A DNA stretch of 38,352 nt from a virus. Lineage: Duplodnaviria; Caudoviricetes. Both the position numbers and the translations under genes were made by a program. The notes under the pieces were generated by a model. It was not told the origin of the DNA. It searched no databases and saw only the letters and a list, made by a program, of their open reading frames with translations. Positions within the stretch are counted from its first letter, which is position 1; the number at the start of each line of letters is the position of its first letter. Where the stretch lies: positions 1 to 38,352 of IMG/VR virus record IMGVR_UViG_3300005805_000007, one strand, 5' to 3'. Shown here in pieces: positions 1 to 9,040 of the stretch.

Positions 1-99
1 ACCATTCCTTCTACACTTTGGATAGCAGATTGCCTGTCAGAGATCTCTTGGGTAATTTGACCTTGAAGATCGCTTACTTCTCCATCCACATAGGACTTT
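1..99. repeat. Terminal direct repeat, copy 1 (identical to 38254-38352); circular assembly overlap
   Basis: Bases 1-99 match 38254-38352 exactly, and the minus-strand reading frame continues across the junction. Confidence 0.97.
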
Positions 100-1043
100 G
101 TAGTAGGATCTTGTTCAAGAATATCTAATCGCCCATCCAATGCAGACTCTGCTGACATTGCGCGAGTTTCCTCAGCGCTTACTGCAGCTTGTCTGTCACT
201 GATTTCTTGGGTGATCTGTCCTTGTAGGTCAGACACTTCGCCATCGACATAAGTCTTGGTTACTGGATCGCTTTCCAAAACATCAAGTCTACCTGAGAGT
301 AAACCTTCTGCTTCTTCGGCTCGCGATTGCTCAGCGCTAATCGAACTAAACACGGATGTAGACAGTTGTCCAACAAAAGTTGCGACATCTGGCTGACCTT
401 CCAAGTTTCCGATTTGACCGTCAACATATGACTTAGTCGTGGGATCTTGTTCGAGGATATCCAAGCGCCCGTCTAATGCTGCTTCAGCAGCTTCAGCGCG
501 GGATTGTTCAGCGGAAATCTGACCTTCTACGGCGAGGATTTCTCCGTCAACGTAGGATTTGGTAACAGGGTCCATTTCTAAAACATCAAGTCTTAGATCT
601 AGAGCATTGTCACCGGATTCTCGGTTAGATATCTCACTGTTTAAACTACTTTGAAGTGCACTAACTGCACCTTGTCTGTCAAGAATTTCTTGATCGACCT
701 TGCTATCAACGGAACCAATTTGGCCAGCAACCGTGCTAGCGAAATTAGCGTCACCGCCTAATGCATCAGACAGTTCTTTTAGGGTATTAAGAACTTCCGG
801 TGCACTGTTAACAAGAGCTGCTATCTTCTGGTCTGCATATGACTGAGCATCGGCTTGCGCTTTCGCGATAGAACCAACTACCCCAGCCCCGCCTTCGATG
901 ATGTCAAGTCGTAACTTAATACCGACATCTTCGGCGGTCAGACCGTCCAAATCGCTTTGGACAGCGGCTTTTGCACGGATATTATTGAAGAAGAGCTTAC
1001 TTGCACCTTCAACAAGCTTATCCGTATTTCTGATAAATGCCAT
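1..1043 (-). CDS. 5' part of a 788-aa coiled-coil tail fibre; continues across the origin into 38253..36930
   Basis: Translated manually because the ORF track misses it. ATG at 1043 with GAAAGGA RBS; MAFIRNTDKLVEGASKLFFNNIRAK..., APEVLNTLKELSDALGGDANFA fibre motif, RLDxLExDP(V/T)TK(S/T)YVD repeats. Open to base 1 and in frame with 36930..38342 (2367 nt in total). Confidence 0.9.
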   Translation of the reverse strand, partial: MAFIRNTDKLVEGASKLFFNNIRAKAAVQSDLDGLTAEDVGIKLRLDIIEGGAGVVGSIAKAQADAQSYADQKIAALVNSAPEVLNTLKELSDALGGDANFASTVAGQIGSVDSKVDQEILDRQGAVSALQSSLNSEISNRESGDNALDLRLDVLEMDPVTKSYVDGEILAVEGQISAEQSRAEAAEAALDGRLDILEQDPTTKSYVDGQIGNLEGQPDVATFVGQLSTSVFSSISAEQSRAEEAEGLLSGRLDVLESDPVTKTYVDGEVSDLQGQITQEISDRQAAVSAEETRAMSAESALDGRLDILEQDPTTKSYVDGEVSDLQGQITQEISDRQSAIQSVEGM

Positions 1044-1064
1044 CTATAGATTCCTTTCGTATGG

Positions 1065-2756
1065 CTATATTACATACCACTCATTTACACCATTGCAAAC
1101 GATGGTAATGGATTCATAGTCAACAACTAACGAATCCGATCCAGATCCATCGATCAGATCAGTCCCGTTAGCGACTATTGAAATATTGTTTGTCGTAGCG
1201 TTACCCTTTTCATCTTTGATAACGTACGTCTTACCGGCTTCTACAGAAGAAGCTGCAGGTAAGTTAACTGTTTTAGCGTTCAAAGAACAGTCTACGCCGA
1301 TGTAGTAATCTTCTATAGCTGCGGTAATAACGTTGGCTGTTCCTGTTTGGCCGTGGATTGTCTTTACAATCATTCCACCTGAGAATTTAGCTTCTTTAGT
1401 GGCTTTTGCCCTTATCATTTCAACATGGGCATTTAGACTTGTTCCAGAGCTTCCAGCGGGGGCTACGGCTAAAACAACATCTCCACCTAGCTTATTGCCG
1501 GTAGATTGAGCACCTGCTAATGTAAGTATTCCCGCGGATAAGTCAATGTTAGTGCCTACAGCTTTTTGTGTCTGTATTTTTACGGCATTTGCTGTGGTTT
1601 GGCTCGCAGCGCCTTTTCCTAAATATACCGCATTGATAGGCACGTTATCAGACCCGATTGCCATAATATTGGCTATAGAATCTGTACTGGAATCATTTCC
1701 TATTGAAATTGAGCCTGTACCGCTTGCTGTAACCGAACGTCCTATGGCTATAGAACCGTTTGCCCCGGAAGAAAATCCACCTATGGTTGTACCAAATTGA
1801 CCAGAAGTTGAACTGGAACCTACAACGACTTGTCCGCCGTTATTTCCAGTCCAGGTGCTTGAATTGGACCCGACTACTACCGAATACCATCCACCAGCGG
1901 AGTTATACCCGATTGCTACGCTTTCGCCTTGAGCATTGGGTGAACTAGCCCCTGAACCGATAGTGACAGTGTTTGGGGAATTACTTACAACAACGTTATG
2001 ACCGATTGCAACATTGTCACTAGCAGTGCTTACAGTGTCAAATGTAGTACCGGTACCAACTACTGTGTTTCTAACGCCCGTAGACAGGGATGTAGGTTTT
2101 GCTTTACCCACAACAATGTTATCAGTACCTAAGCTACCTGCACCTAGTCCAGCGTATTGCCAACTTGCGTTAGTCCCGTCTGTAACCAGCACTTTGTTTA
2201 AATTTCCGGTTTGACTTGGTAACAGGGTGATAGAAGCCCATGCCAGGTTACCAGACCCATCGTTTTGTAAATAAGTAGACGATGCACCCTGAGCTGCAGG
2301 CATTTTTACCGTGTAGCTCGTAGTAGTGGCTGCGGCTTGCATTTTAATGAATCCGCTTGTTGAGCCATCTAAGTTAAGACCATCTAACGAAGTTTCTCCG
2401 CTAGCGTCTCTTTTCATCAGTGTAGACGGTGTAGACAAATCCGTAGCGGCTTGAGTGTCGCTTACGCTTGTAGCGATATCGACAGCCGCGGCACCGCCAA
2501 CACTGTTAACTGTGGCACTTGCAGCACCCGGACCAGTAGCACTTACATCGTCGGTAAGACTGGTAATAGCAATAGAAGCCCCGGGAGTAGCTACAGGTAC
2601 CCAGTTAGACGTAGCGGTGTCAAAAATATAGATAGTATTTGTGTCAGCTGCTACGGCTTGAATACCATCTTTTCCTGGATTGGACGGAAAATTGGTAGCA
2701 CTGGGATAAATCTTAATGCCACCTGAAATTTCGGGAAAACGTGTGTAATTAGACAT
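1065..2756 (-). CDS. Tail fibre/adhesin with YadA-head-like (Hep_Hag) beta-roll repeats and a C-terminal beta domain
   Basis: 563 aa, rich in G/S/T/A; repeats NVAIG, TVTIG, SVAIG, SIAIG, SISIG; LP..G..VL.TDG...SW linker repeats. Confidence 0.75.
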   Translation of the reverse strand: MSNYTRFPEISGGIKIYPSATNFPSNPGKDGIQAVAADTNTIYIFDTATSNWVPVATPGASIAITSLTDDVSATGPGAASATVNSVGGAAAVDIATSVSDTQAATDLSTPSTLMKRDASGETSLDGLNLDGSTSGFIKMQAAATTTSYTVKMPAAQGASSTYLQNDGSGNLAWASITLLPSQTGNLNKVLVTDGTNASWQYAGLGAGSLGTDNIVVGKAKPTSLSTGVRNTVVGTGTTFDTVSTASDNVAIGHNVVVSNSPNTVTIGSGASSPNAQGESVAIGYNSAGGWYSVVVGSNSSTWTGNNGGQVVVGSSSTSGQFGTTIGGFSSGANGSIAIGRSVTASGTGSISIGNDSSTDSIANIMAIGSDNVPINAVYLGKGAASQTTANAVKIQTQKAVGTNIDLSAGILTLAGAQSTGNKLGGDVVLAVAPAGSSGTSLNAHVEMIRAKATKEAKFSGGMIVKTIHGQTGTANVITAAIEDYYIGVDCSLNAKTVNLPAASSVEAGKTYVIKDEKGNATTNNISIVANGTDLIDGSGSDSLVVDYESITIVCNGVNEWYVI

Positions 2757-2757
2757 A

Positions 2758-3087
2758 TTAGATCTCCTTTGCAGTCACTGTAACATTCAAAGTACCCGTG
2801 CCAGCTGCGCGAGTGTAGGTGAAGCGAACGTGAGCTGCACCTGTTTGATTGATGTCAATGAACTGCGGAGATCCTGCAGATACCGGAATAAGTAAACCAA
2901 GAGCAGACCAGTTGACACCGTCGTGGCTAACCTCTACGTCGAACGTGCCTGTGGCAGATCCACTGTAGACAGCTTGATAGCTGACATTGTCCATATACTT
3001 TATAACGCTTGAAGCGCTAACGAGCGTAGCTTGCGACATATCGCCGTTTACTAACACTCTACTGGGTTCGATTACTTTTTTACTCAT
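2758..3087 (-). CDS. Small beta-rich virion protein (putative)
   Basis: 109 aa, AAGGA RBS, located between ejection and fibre genes. Confidence 0.55.
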   Translation of the reverse strand: MSKKVIEPSRVLVNGDMSQATLVSASSVIKYMDNVSYQAVYSGSATGTFDVEVSHDGVNWSALGLLIPVSAGSPQFIDINQTGAAHVRFTYTRAAGTGTLNVTVTAKEI

Positions 3088-3131
3088 GGTCCGTTCCTTG
3101 TGAGATTCATCGGGGGTAACCCGACTACGAT

Positions 3132-5879
3132 TTATTTACTTCTTTTCTGCTCCCTAAGTTGTTCAGGGGTAGAATAAATGCTAGGCATCTTACTAGCTTT
3201 TAAGGCACTAGGAGCCCCGCCACGAGGCTGTTGCTCGGGCATTGGGGGTGCATGTATGCCTTGATTCGTCATGATGTTATTGGGCATCATAGACGATTCT
3301 AGGGGCATTCCTAGAAACATGCTTAAACCTAATTGCGTGGAATATGGTAGTTGCAATCTGGATTCAGTCAACTGATTCATAATCCTTTGTCTTAAGTTAG
3401 CGTAAAGAGAAGGATAAATCGCCGACATTGTCTTAATATCATCTGTGGTGATCGATCCGTCCTTCACCCTACTTAGTATCGTTAGGGGCTGTGCAGCAAT
3501 CTGTAAAGCCCTATTATACTTCGCAATTTCTACATCAGAAGGCTCTTTGGGGCGATCTAACACACCCTGTCTTGAAGCCTCTGGCCGTAAAGATGCTAAA
3601 TGTGACACTGCTCGGGCCATAGTTGCAGTAAGATGCATAGCATGATCAGGCAGATAATGAGCCACATCGTCATTCGAATCTAACATCTTTTCAGGCTGAG
3701 CTTGTGCAGCCATAACTGCTTTGTCAAGAAGTTGTAAAGATTTAGCGGATGGTGCCAATCCTTCAGAGATAGCAGGAGCTGCAGGCCTAAAAATATTTCT
3801 AACAGCCTTATCAGTTTTTTGAGCACCACGATAAGCAGCTTCGGCCATCTTAAACATAGCGCTAAAACCAGCAGGGGATGCTGCAGCTTCACTCCCAATC
3901 ATCTTTAAGTAAGCAAGGCGTAATGCATCAGGAGCTTCTCGACCTAAAATCTTAGCTCCTTGTCCCACTAGGTATCCTGTACCAATCCCTTGACCTGTAA
4001 GTAAGCCAATAACAGCGCCAATGCCTCCTGGTACTTGTCCGAACATAGCATCAACAGCTTTGGGTGTGCCAGAAGGACCTAGTCTACTCGGAATAGCTTC
4101 TTTAAGCTGTCTCAAGGCTTCAATCTTTTCCAGAGTAGGGGCATCAAACACAAAAGACTTCATTTCAGGAGATAGATCATCGACTGATTTAAAGAAAGAA
4201 TTTAAGTTAAGGCTACCATCTGCTAATCTATTTAAAGAAATGTTATTTAAATGATATTGTTTAGCAGTTTGCGCAAGCTCTGGAAATTGTTGTTGCAATA
4301 GCGCCAACAATTCAGAGTCAGCTTCTTTTCCGATTTTAGCGATAAATGCTTCAGGCGTAAGCTTACCTACTTTTGCAGCAAACTGACGTGGACTTTTTAC
4401 CTTACCAACCTTAAGACGTTGGTTAAGAGCATCAGTTAATGTTTTTAACTCCCTATACTGGACTTTTGTAGCAGAGTACTGAGCTAACACCTCAGGAGCA
4501 GCAGTTTGAAATAAACTATTAGCCGCTAAGTCTTCATACTTATCCATCACTGGCTTCATAGTTGCATAAAGACGTGGATTCTCTTTAAACATCTTGCCAG
4601 CTATGTTAGAGTTTAAACCTACGAAGTCAGAATAAGTGTTTACGTTGGCAAGACTGTCAACATACTTTCTAACTTGAGCCATTTCAGGGCTGCCTACTTC
4701 AATGTTAAACTTATTCTTAATAGCAGCATCTAACATTTCACTGCCTAAATCTTGCTCAATAGCTTTTGGAAATCTTGCATCAGCAATTTTAGATTCAAAT
4801 GCTTCGTAAGCTTTAGTAACATCATCAGCTTGTTTTGTAAATACCTTTTTAAACTGATCTTTGCCTTGTCTGCCCAAAGAAGCTTCTGAAGCAGCTACAC
4901 CGATATCGGCTTCGGTCTTTCCGACTGTTTGTAGCACCTTCTTGGAAATTTCATCTCGCATTTCTGTAAGGCCTTGTTGATATCGCCTACCTGCAAACGT
5001 TCCAGCACCTTCTGCTAGCACTTGTGCGGCTTGTCGGGCTTGTGTGTCGGGGCTAAGTGCTGCCACAATTTCTGGTTTAAGCTCAATGCCAGCTTTTGTA
5101 GCTAAGTCAGCAACGTCAGCTGTAATAGCTGTACCATTTACTTTTGAATTAAGGCCAGAAAGCACTTGCATTAGTTTAGGGCCTTGTGCAACTTTCCACA
5201 AAGGAGCGGCTACAAAGTGTCCGCCTAATCCTAAAGCTCCTCCTGCAATACCTGCAAGTCCAACGTCGGCAAGAGCTGTGGCAACTGTTTGCTCTGGATC
5301 ATTTGTAAAAGCTTTTGACACTTCATCACCAGCTTGAAACAATGCTGTTTCAGCTAATTGCTTTGCACCGGTAATAGCTGCTCTGCTCGCAAGTGTAGCT
5401 CCGGTAAGCCCTGTGGCGGCTGCAGCGGCTTCGCCTGCACGTGTTAAAGCACCTGCTGCACCGGCACCTGGAAGTGCGATGCTTGAGCCGATAAGACCAG
5501 TAGCTTGACCGGCCATGTGCATACCTGGGTTTACTTCACGTCTTTTCTGAATGTCTTCAGGATTGACGCCAGCAGCGCGCTCAAGACCAGTGCTAAGACC
5601 AAATGTAGCAGCAGAAGCAGCGCCTTCAGCAAAAGTTTTAGCTTGTTCAATTGGTGAGCTATACTTTGCATATTGCATCAAGTCCTGTAGTTGAGTTGGG
5701 TCAGGTTGTTGATAGCCCTGGCGTAAAGCATCTTGAGCTTGCTTATACTCAACTGATACGGGGCTTCCTTGAGGGTCCACTAAGGGTATGGAATGCGTAC
5801 CACTTTCCAAAGCGGCTTTAGCCTCATCGGGAGTTAGGTTTTCAGCTACACCGGTAGAATTGTTAATAATGACTGGCAT
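3132..5879 (-). CDS. Large internal virion/DNA ejection protein (putative)
   Basis: 915 aa, A/G-rich and helical with hydrophobic glycine-rich stretches; third of three large genes after the tail and GNAT genes, as in podoviruses. Confidence 0.65.
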   Translation of the reverse strand: MPVIINNSTGVAENLTPDEAKAALESGTHSIPLVDPQGSPVSVEYKQAQDALRQGYQQPDPTQLQDLMQYAKYSSPIEQAKTFAEGAASAATFGLSTGLERAAGVNPEDIQKRREVNPGMHMAGQATGLIGSSIALPGAGAAGALTRAGEAAAAATGLTGATLASRAAITGAKQLAETALFQAGDEVSKAFTNDPEQTVATALADVGLAGIAGGALGLGGHFVAAPLWKVAQGPKLMQVLSGLNSKVNGTAITADVADLATKAGIELKPEIVAALSPDTQARQAAQVLAEGAGTFAGRRYQQGLTEMRDEISKKVLQTVGKTEADIGVAASEASLGRQGKDQFKKVFTKQADDVTKAYEAFESKIADARFPKAIEQDLGSEMLDAAIKNKFNIEVGSPEMAQVRKYVDSLANVNTYSDFVGLNSNIAGKMFKENPRLYATMKPVMDKYEDLAANSLFQTAAPEVLAQYSATKVQYRELKTLTDALNQRLKVGKVKSPRQFAAKVGKLTPEAFIAKIGKEADSELLALLQQQFPELAQTAKQYHLNNISLNRLADGSLNLNSFFKSVDDLSPEMKSFVFDAPTLEKIEALRQLKEAIPSRLGPSGTPKAVDAMFGQVPGGIGAVIGLLTGQGIGTGYLVGQGAKILGREAPDALRLAYLKMIGSEAAASPAGFSAMFKMAEAAYRGAQKTDKAVRNIFRPAAPAISEGLAPSAKSLQLLDKAVMAAQAQPEKMLDSNDDVAHYLPDHAMHLTATMARAVSHLASLRPEASRQGVLDRPKEPSDVEIAKYNRALQIAAQPLTILSRVKDGSITTDDIKTMSAIYPSLYANLRQRIMNQLTESRLQLPYSTQLGLSMFLGMPLESSMMPNNIMTNQGIHAPPMPEQQPRGGAPSALKASKMPSIYSTPEQLREQKRSK

Positions 5880-7654
5880 TATTTCCTTTTCATTGTGGGT
5901 AATTGTTTAGCTTGAATCGGTTTTGGTAAATTAATCTGATAAAGCTCTAAAGTAGGGGTAACTGATCCCATTTTAGACATTATAGAATTTATTAAATCAG
6001 TTGTCATTTGATTTACAGTCTCGGGACTTGTTGTAAGTTTAACCATAAACGGTTTAATTAAAGTTTCAAGCTCAGTATCCGTTAATCTGCCTTCTCCGGT
6101 CATATTTTTGATTATCGGAAAAAGCTGTGCCTGCATAGTCTTAAGACGTTGGGAAGTTTGTATAGGAGCTTTAATTCTATTAGCTAAAGTGTTCAAATCC
6201 GCTTGCTCTTGCATTACTTGTTTTACTCGGTCTACGCCTGACATTAAATTTTTATATTCGCCATACTCTTTAATTGCTTGTCTTTGAGAATTTTTATCCA
6301 CAATACGAGATTGTATCATATTTAACACTTGACCGGGGGAAGTAATAGGCTGAGAAGCAGCTTGTCTAATTGCAGCTTGTTGTTCGATTTGTTGCATATA
6401 AGGTGCAAACAGTTTACTTTGAATTTCACCACTTGCTACCATATACCTACCCATAGCTTCTTTGTCTGATGATTTTAAAGCAGCTTTACGAGCTTGGAGG
6501 TCTGCAATTGTAGCCATTTGCATACGTGTAACGTTTTCTGCATCGTTAATGTTGCCTAATAACTTTAAATTGTATGATAACAAATTATTTTTTTGCTCAA
6601 GCTCAGACTTTTGTTGTTCAATATCGTCGTCAATAGCTTTTTTAATAAGATTTGGAACAATACCCAGTGTAGCAAACTGCATTGCTCCGCCTAACACTAA
6701 TCCGATAACATTCATAATTTTATTAGTACCTGTACCTAATACTCTATCAGGCTTAAGTGTACCTTCTTCTACAGACTTTGTCAATCGATCAATATTAGAC
6801 TGTATAAGCTGTCTTTGTTTTTGAGCAGCTGTCAAACTTTCTTGCATTTGTTGCAAGGACTTTCCAATAGCTTCAGTTTCGGCAATAGACTTGACTTTTT
6901 GAGCTTCGGCCAATTCACGTGCACCCTCAATTTGCTGTAAGGCACCTTCTACGCCTATTGCTGCACCGATGGAAGGTGAGCCGGCTACTTGAGGTTGTTC
7001 GGGAGATGGTTGCTCTAATTGTACGTTTTCTAACTTTTCTTCAGGCTTTGCGGCTTGTTCCACACTGCCTACACCTAAGATTTGATTAGGTGTACGTCCT
7101 TGCAATCCTTCAGGAGCTTTCTGCATAATTTGTTGAAGCTCTTGTGGATTTAAATCAGGGCGTTGTTGCAGAAGATCTTGAGCGTATCCTGCTACCGGCG
7201 AGCCTTGCACTGGCACAGAATACGGTGCCTCGCCCGGCATCGGCATTTCTTTTGCTTGTTGCATTTCTGACTGCAGCTTTTCGAAAGCATCTTCATCACC
7301 TTCGACTTCGCCACCTTCAGCCATTTTTTTAGCAGTTTTCGCGGATTGCTTAAAAGCTTCCTCAGTCGGAGCACCTTTGCTACCAGGTTTGCGCATGCGT
7401 TCACCGCTACCCTGCTCAATACGCTCACGTTTAGCATGAATGTTTTCATACAATCCACCGCCTTTTGCCATTTTTACAGCTTCACGTTGTTCACGAAGCT
7501 TTTCCATTGCGCTTTGAATTGGAATCTCGCGCATTTGTTTTTTCTGTTCGGGTGTTAGACTATCGTGAGCAATCTGTATCGTGTGTCCGCTAGGATGTTT
7601 AAATACTGTATGAGTGGACGTGACATCCACTTTCTTAAAATCTTTAAAGTTCAT
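5879..7654 (-). CDS. Internal virion/ejection protein with two MAxGG tags flanking a basic module
   Basis: 591 aa, Q-rich coiled coils, hydrophobic segment IMNVIGLVLGGAMQFATLGIV; TAATG coupling to the next gene. Confidence 0.65.
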   Translation of the reverse strand: MNFKDFKKVDVTSTHTVFKHPSGHTIQIAHDSLTPEQKKQMREIPIQSAMEKLREQREAVKMAKGGGLYENIHAKRERIEQGSGERMRKPGSKGAPTEEAFKQSAKTAKKMAEGGEVEGDEDAFEKLQSEMQQAKEMPMPGEAPYSVPVQGSPVAGYAQDLLQQRPDLNPQELQQIMQKAPEGLQGRTPNQILGVGSVEQAAKPEEKLENVQLEQPSPEQPQVAGSPSIGAAIGVEGALQQIEGARELAEAQKVKSIAETEAIGKSLQQMQESLTAAQKQRQLIQSNIDRLTKSVEEGTLKPDRVLGTGTNKIMNVIGLVLGGAMQFATLGIVPNLIKKAIDDDIEQQKSELEQKNNLLSYNLKLLGNINDAENVTRMQMATIADLQARKAALKSSDKEAMGRYMVASGEIQSKLFAPYMQQIEQQAAIRQAASQPITSPGQVLNMIQSRIVDKNSQRQAIKEYGEYKNLMSGVDRVKQVMQEQADLNTLANRIKAPIQTSQRLKTMQAQLFPIIKNMTGEGRLTDTELETLIKPFMVKLTTSPETVNQMTTDLINSIMSKMGSVTPTLELYQINLPKPIQAKQLPTMKRK

Positions 7655-7737
7655 TAGTCCCTCTTGATAAAGATTTCAGCAATAAGCATGCCAATAATAT
7701 AACCAATAGCGAAATGAGCTACAATAGATAATAGCAT
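7654..7737 (-). CDS. 27-aa hydrophobic micro-protein MLLSIVAHFAIGYIIGMLIAEIFIKRD
   Basis: Translated manually; fills the intergenic gap exactly, and its TAA overlaps the next ATG (TAATG). Confidence 0.55.
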   Translation of the reverse strand: MLLSIVAHFAIGYIIGMLIAEIFIKRD

Positions 7738-7738
7738 T

Positions 7739-8626
7739 TTATTTCTTCTTCTTTTTAGAGCTACGCATTGCAACAGACTTAGCGAATGCTGCGGCCTTCT
7801 CGGGATCTTTAGCAGCAGTTCGCGGGACTACTATTTCCCCTGGAGATAGTAGTGCGGGGACAGTGTCATTCTTAAGACTGTCTCCGTCGACTTTGGCCTT
7901 ACCTGGGATTTTTTCGCCATGAGCCATAGGCTTTACTGCGTTTAAAAATTCTACGATGTCAAAAGCTTCTTCAGGCTTAACTTCGCCACCCTCGGCTTTT
8001 CCTTTAAGTGCAGCAGCAAAATCCAACGTTTTGCCTAAAATGCTTCCACGAGTGGATTCTCGAGTTTGGGCCATACTAGTGCGGGCAGCTTCTTGAGCTT
8101 GCTGTGCTTGTAAGGCTTGTTGTTGAGCTTGCAAAGCTGACTGACCATACATACCTAAGCCAGCTTGCTGTTGGCCAACTTGCTGACCTGAAAGGGCTTG
8201 TAATTGCTGTATGGCACTAAGCTGTTCACCGGCACGTTGGATAGCAGCCTGGGACGCTGCTTGTTGTTGGGCCTGCATACCTGCTTGCGCAGCTTGCCGA
8301 CCAACCAATCCAACGTTCTGACTAGCGCCGCGTTGACTACCCATCAGTGCTGCCTGCTGAGCTGTAATGTCACCAGCTTGTTTTTGAAGTACGGCTTCAC
8401 CTACGCTGGGGCCAAGGCCTTGGGCCATTTGGCCTAGTTGACCCGAAAGGGCTTGTTGGGAGGCTAAGCCTTGAGCCATGCCTGGCTGAGTGGCGGCCAC
8501 AAAGCCTGCCATCTTTTGCATGGCATCTTGTTGTTGCTGATAGGTTTGTTGCAACTGACCTGGTTGTAACCCAGCTTGAGCTTCGTATTGCTCGGGACCT
8601 CGAAATAAATTAGTAATGAATCCCAT
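7739..8626 (-). CDS. Q/A/G-rich pilot/ejection protein (P22 gp7-like position)
   Basis: 295 aa; MGFITNLF start, QQA-rich body, C-terminal KAEGGEV...GDSLKNDTVPALLSPGEIVVPR. Confidence 0.65.
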   Translation of the reverse strand: MGFITNLFRGPEQYEAQAGLQPGQLQQTYQQQQDAMQKMAGFVAATQPGMAQGLASQQALSGQLGQMAQGLGPSVGEAVLQKQAGDITAQQAALMGSQRGASQNVGLVGRQAAQAGMQAQQQAASQAAIQRAGEQLSAIQQLQALSGQQVGQQQAGLGMYGQSALQAQQQALQAQQAQEAARTSMAQTRESTRGSILGKTLDFAAALKGKAEGGEVKPEEAFDIVEFLNAVKPMAHGEKIPGKAKVDGDSLKNDTVPALLSPGEIVVPRTAAKDPEKAAAFAKSVAMRSSKKKKK

Positions 8627-9028
8627 TCATTCCCTTTCCTGCTCAGCTCCGAAATCCGAAGCGTTTAAGTAAATTACCGTATGCGGTAAAGTTTTAAAAC
8701 CGTATCGTTTTCCCAACTCTTGTACGTTAGGATGCTTAGTAACTCCAATTATCTGAGTATACCCTAAACTGAGTGCAAAGTCAATAAGAAACCCAATTAA
8801 TTTATTAAGTGATTCTTTTCTCAAACTTGGCGTTGATTCCGGGTCACTTATAATACCCTCAATCATCGCTATGTTAGAATTGGTTATGAACAACCAACCG
8901 GCAACCCTATTGTCAGCTATAAAACCCACATCGCTTAGGGCTCTTGGGTCGGGAGGGGTGAGCTTGCGCTTTCGGTACCAGTGTACGATTAATGGGAAGT
9001 CTTTACTTGTCACGCGCTTCAAGCTCAT
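8627..9028 (-). CDS. GNAT-fold protein (position of podovirus acetyltransferase-like virion gene)
   Basis: 133 aa; VAGWLF..., EGIISDP...RKESLNKLI..A..LGY, RYGF; AAGGAG RBS. Confidence 0.6.
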   Translation of the reverse strand: MSLKRVTSKDFPLIVHWYRKRKLTPPDPRALSDVGFIADNRVAGWLFITNSNIAMIEGIISDPESTPSLRKESLNKLIGFLIDFALSLGYTQIIGVTKHPNVQELGKRYGFKTLPHTVIYLNASDFGAEQERE

Positions 9029-9040
9029 ACACCACTCCTT

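Noticed and set aside
3110-3124. Hairpin TCGGG-N5-CCCGA as a terminator
   Set aside because: Only a 5-bp stem and no U-tract.
898-8437. Numerous plus-strand ORFs antisense to structural genes (e.g. 1546, 5044, 6462)
   Set aside because: Shadow ORFs of long minus-strand genes, with no RBS or recognisable motifs.
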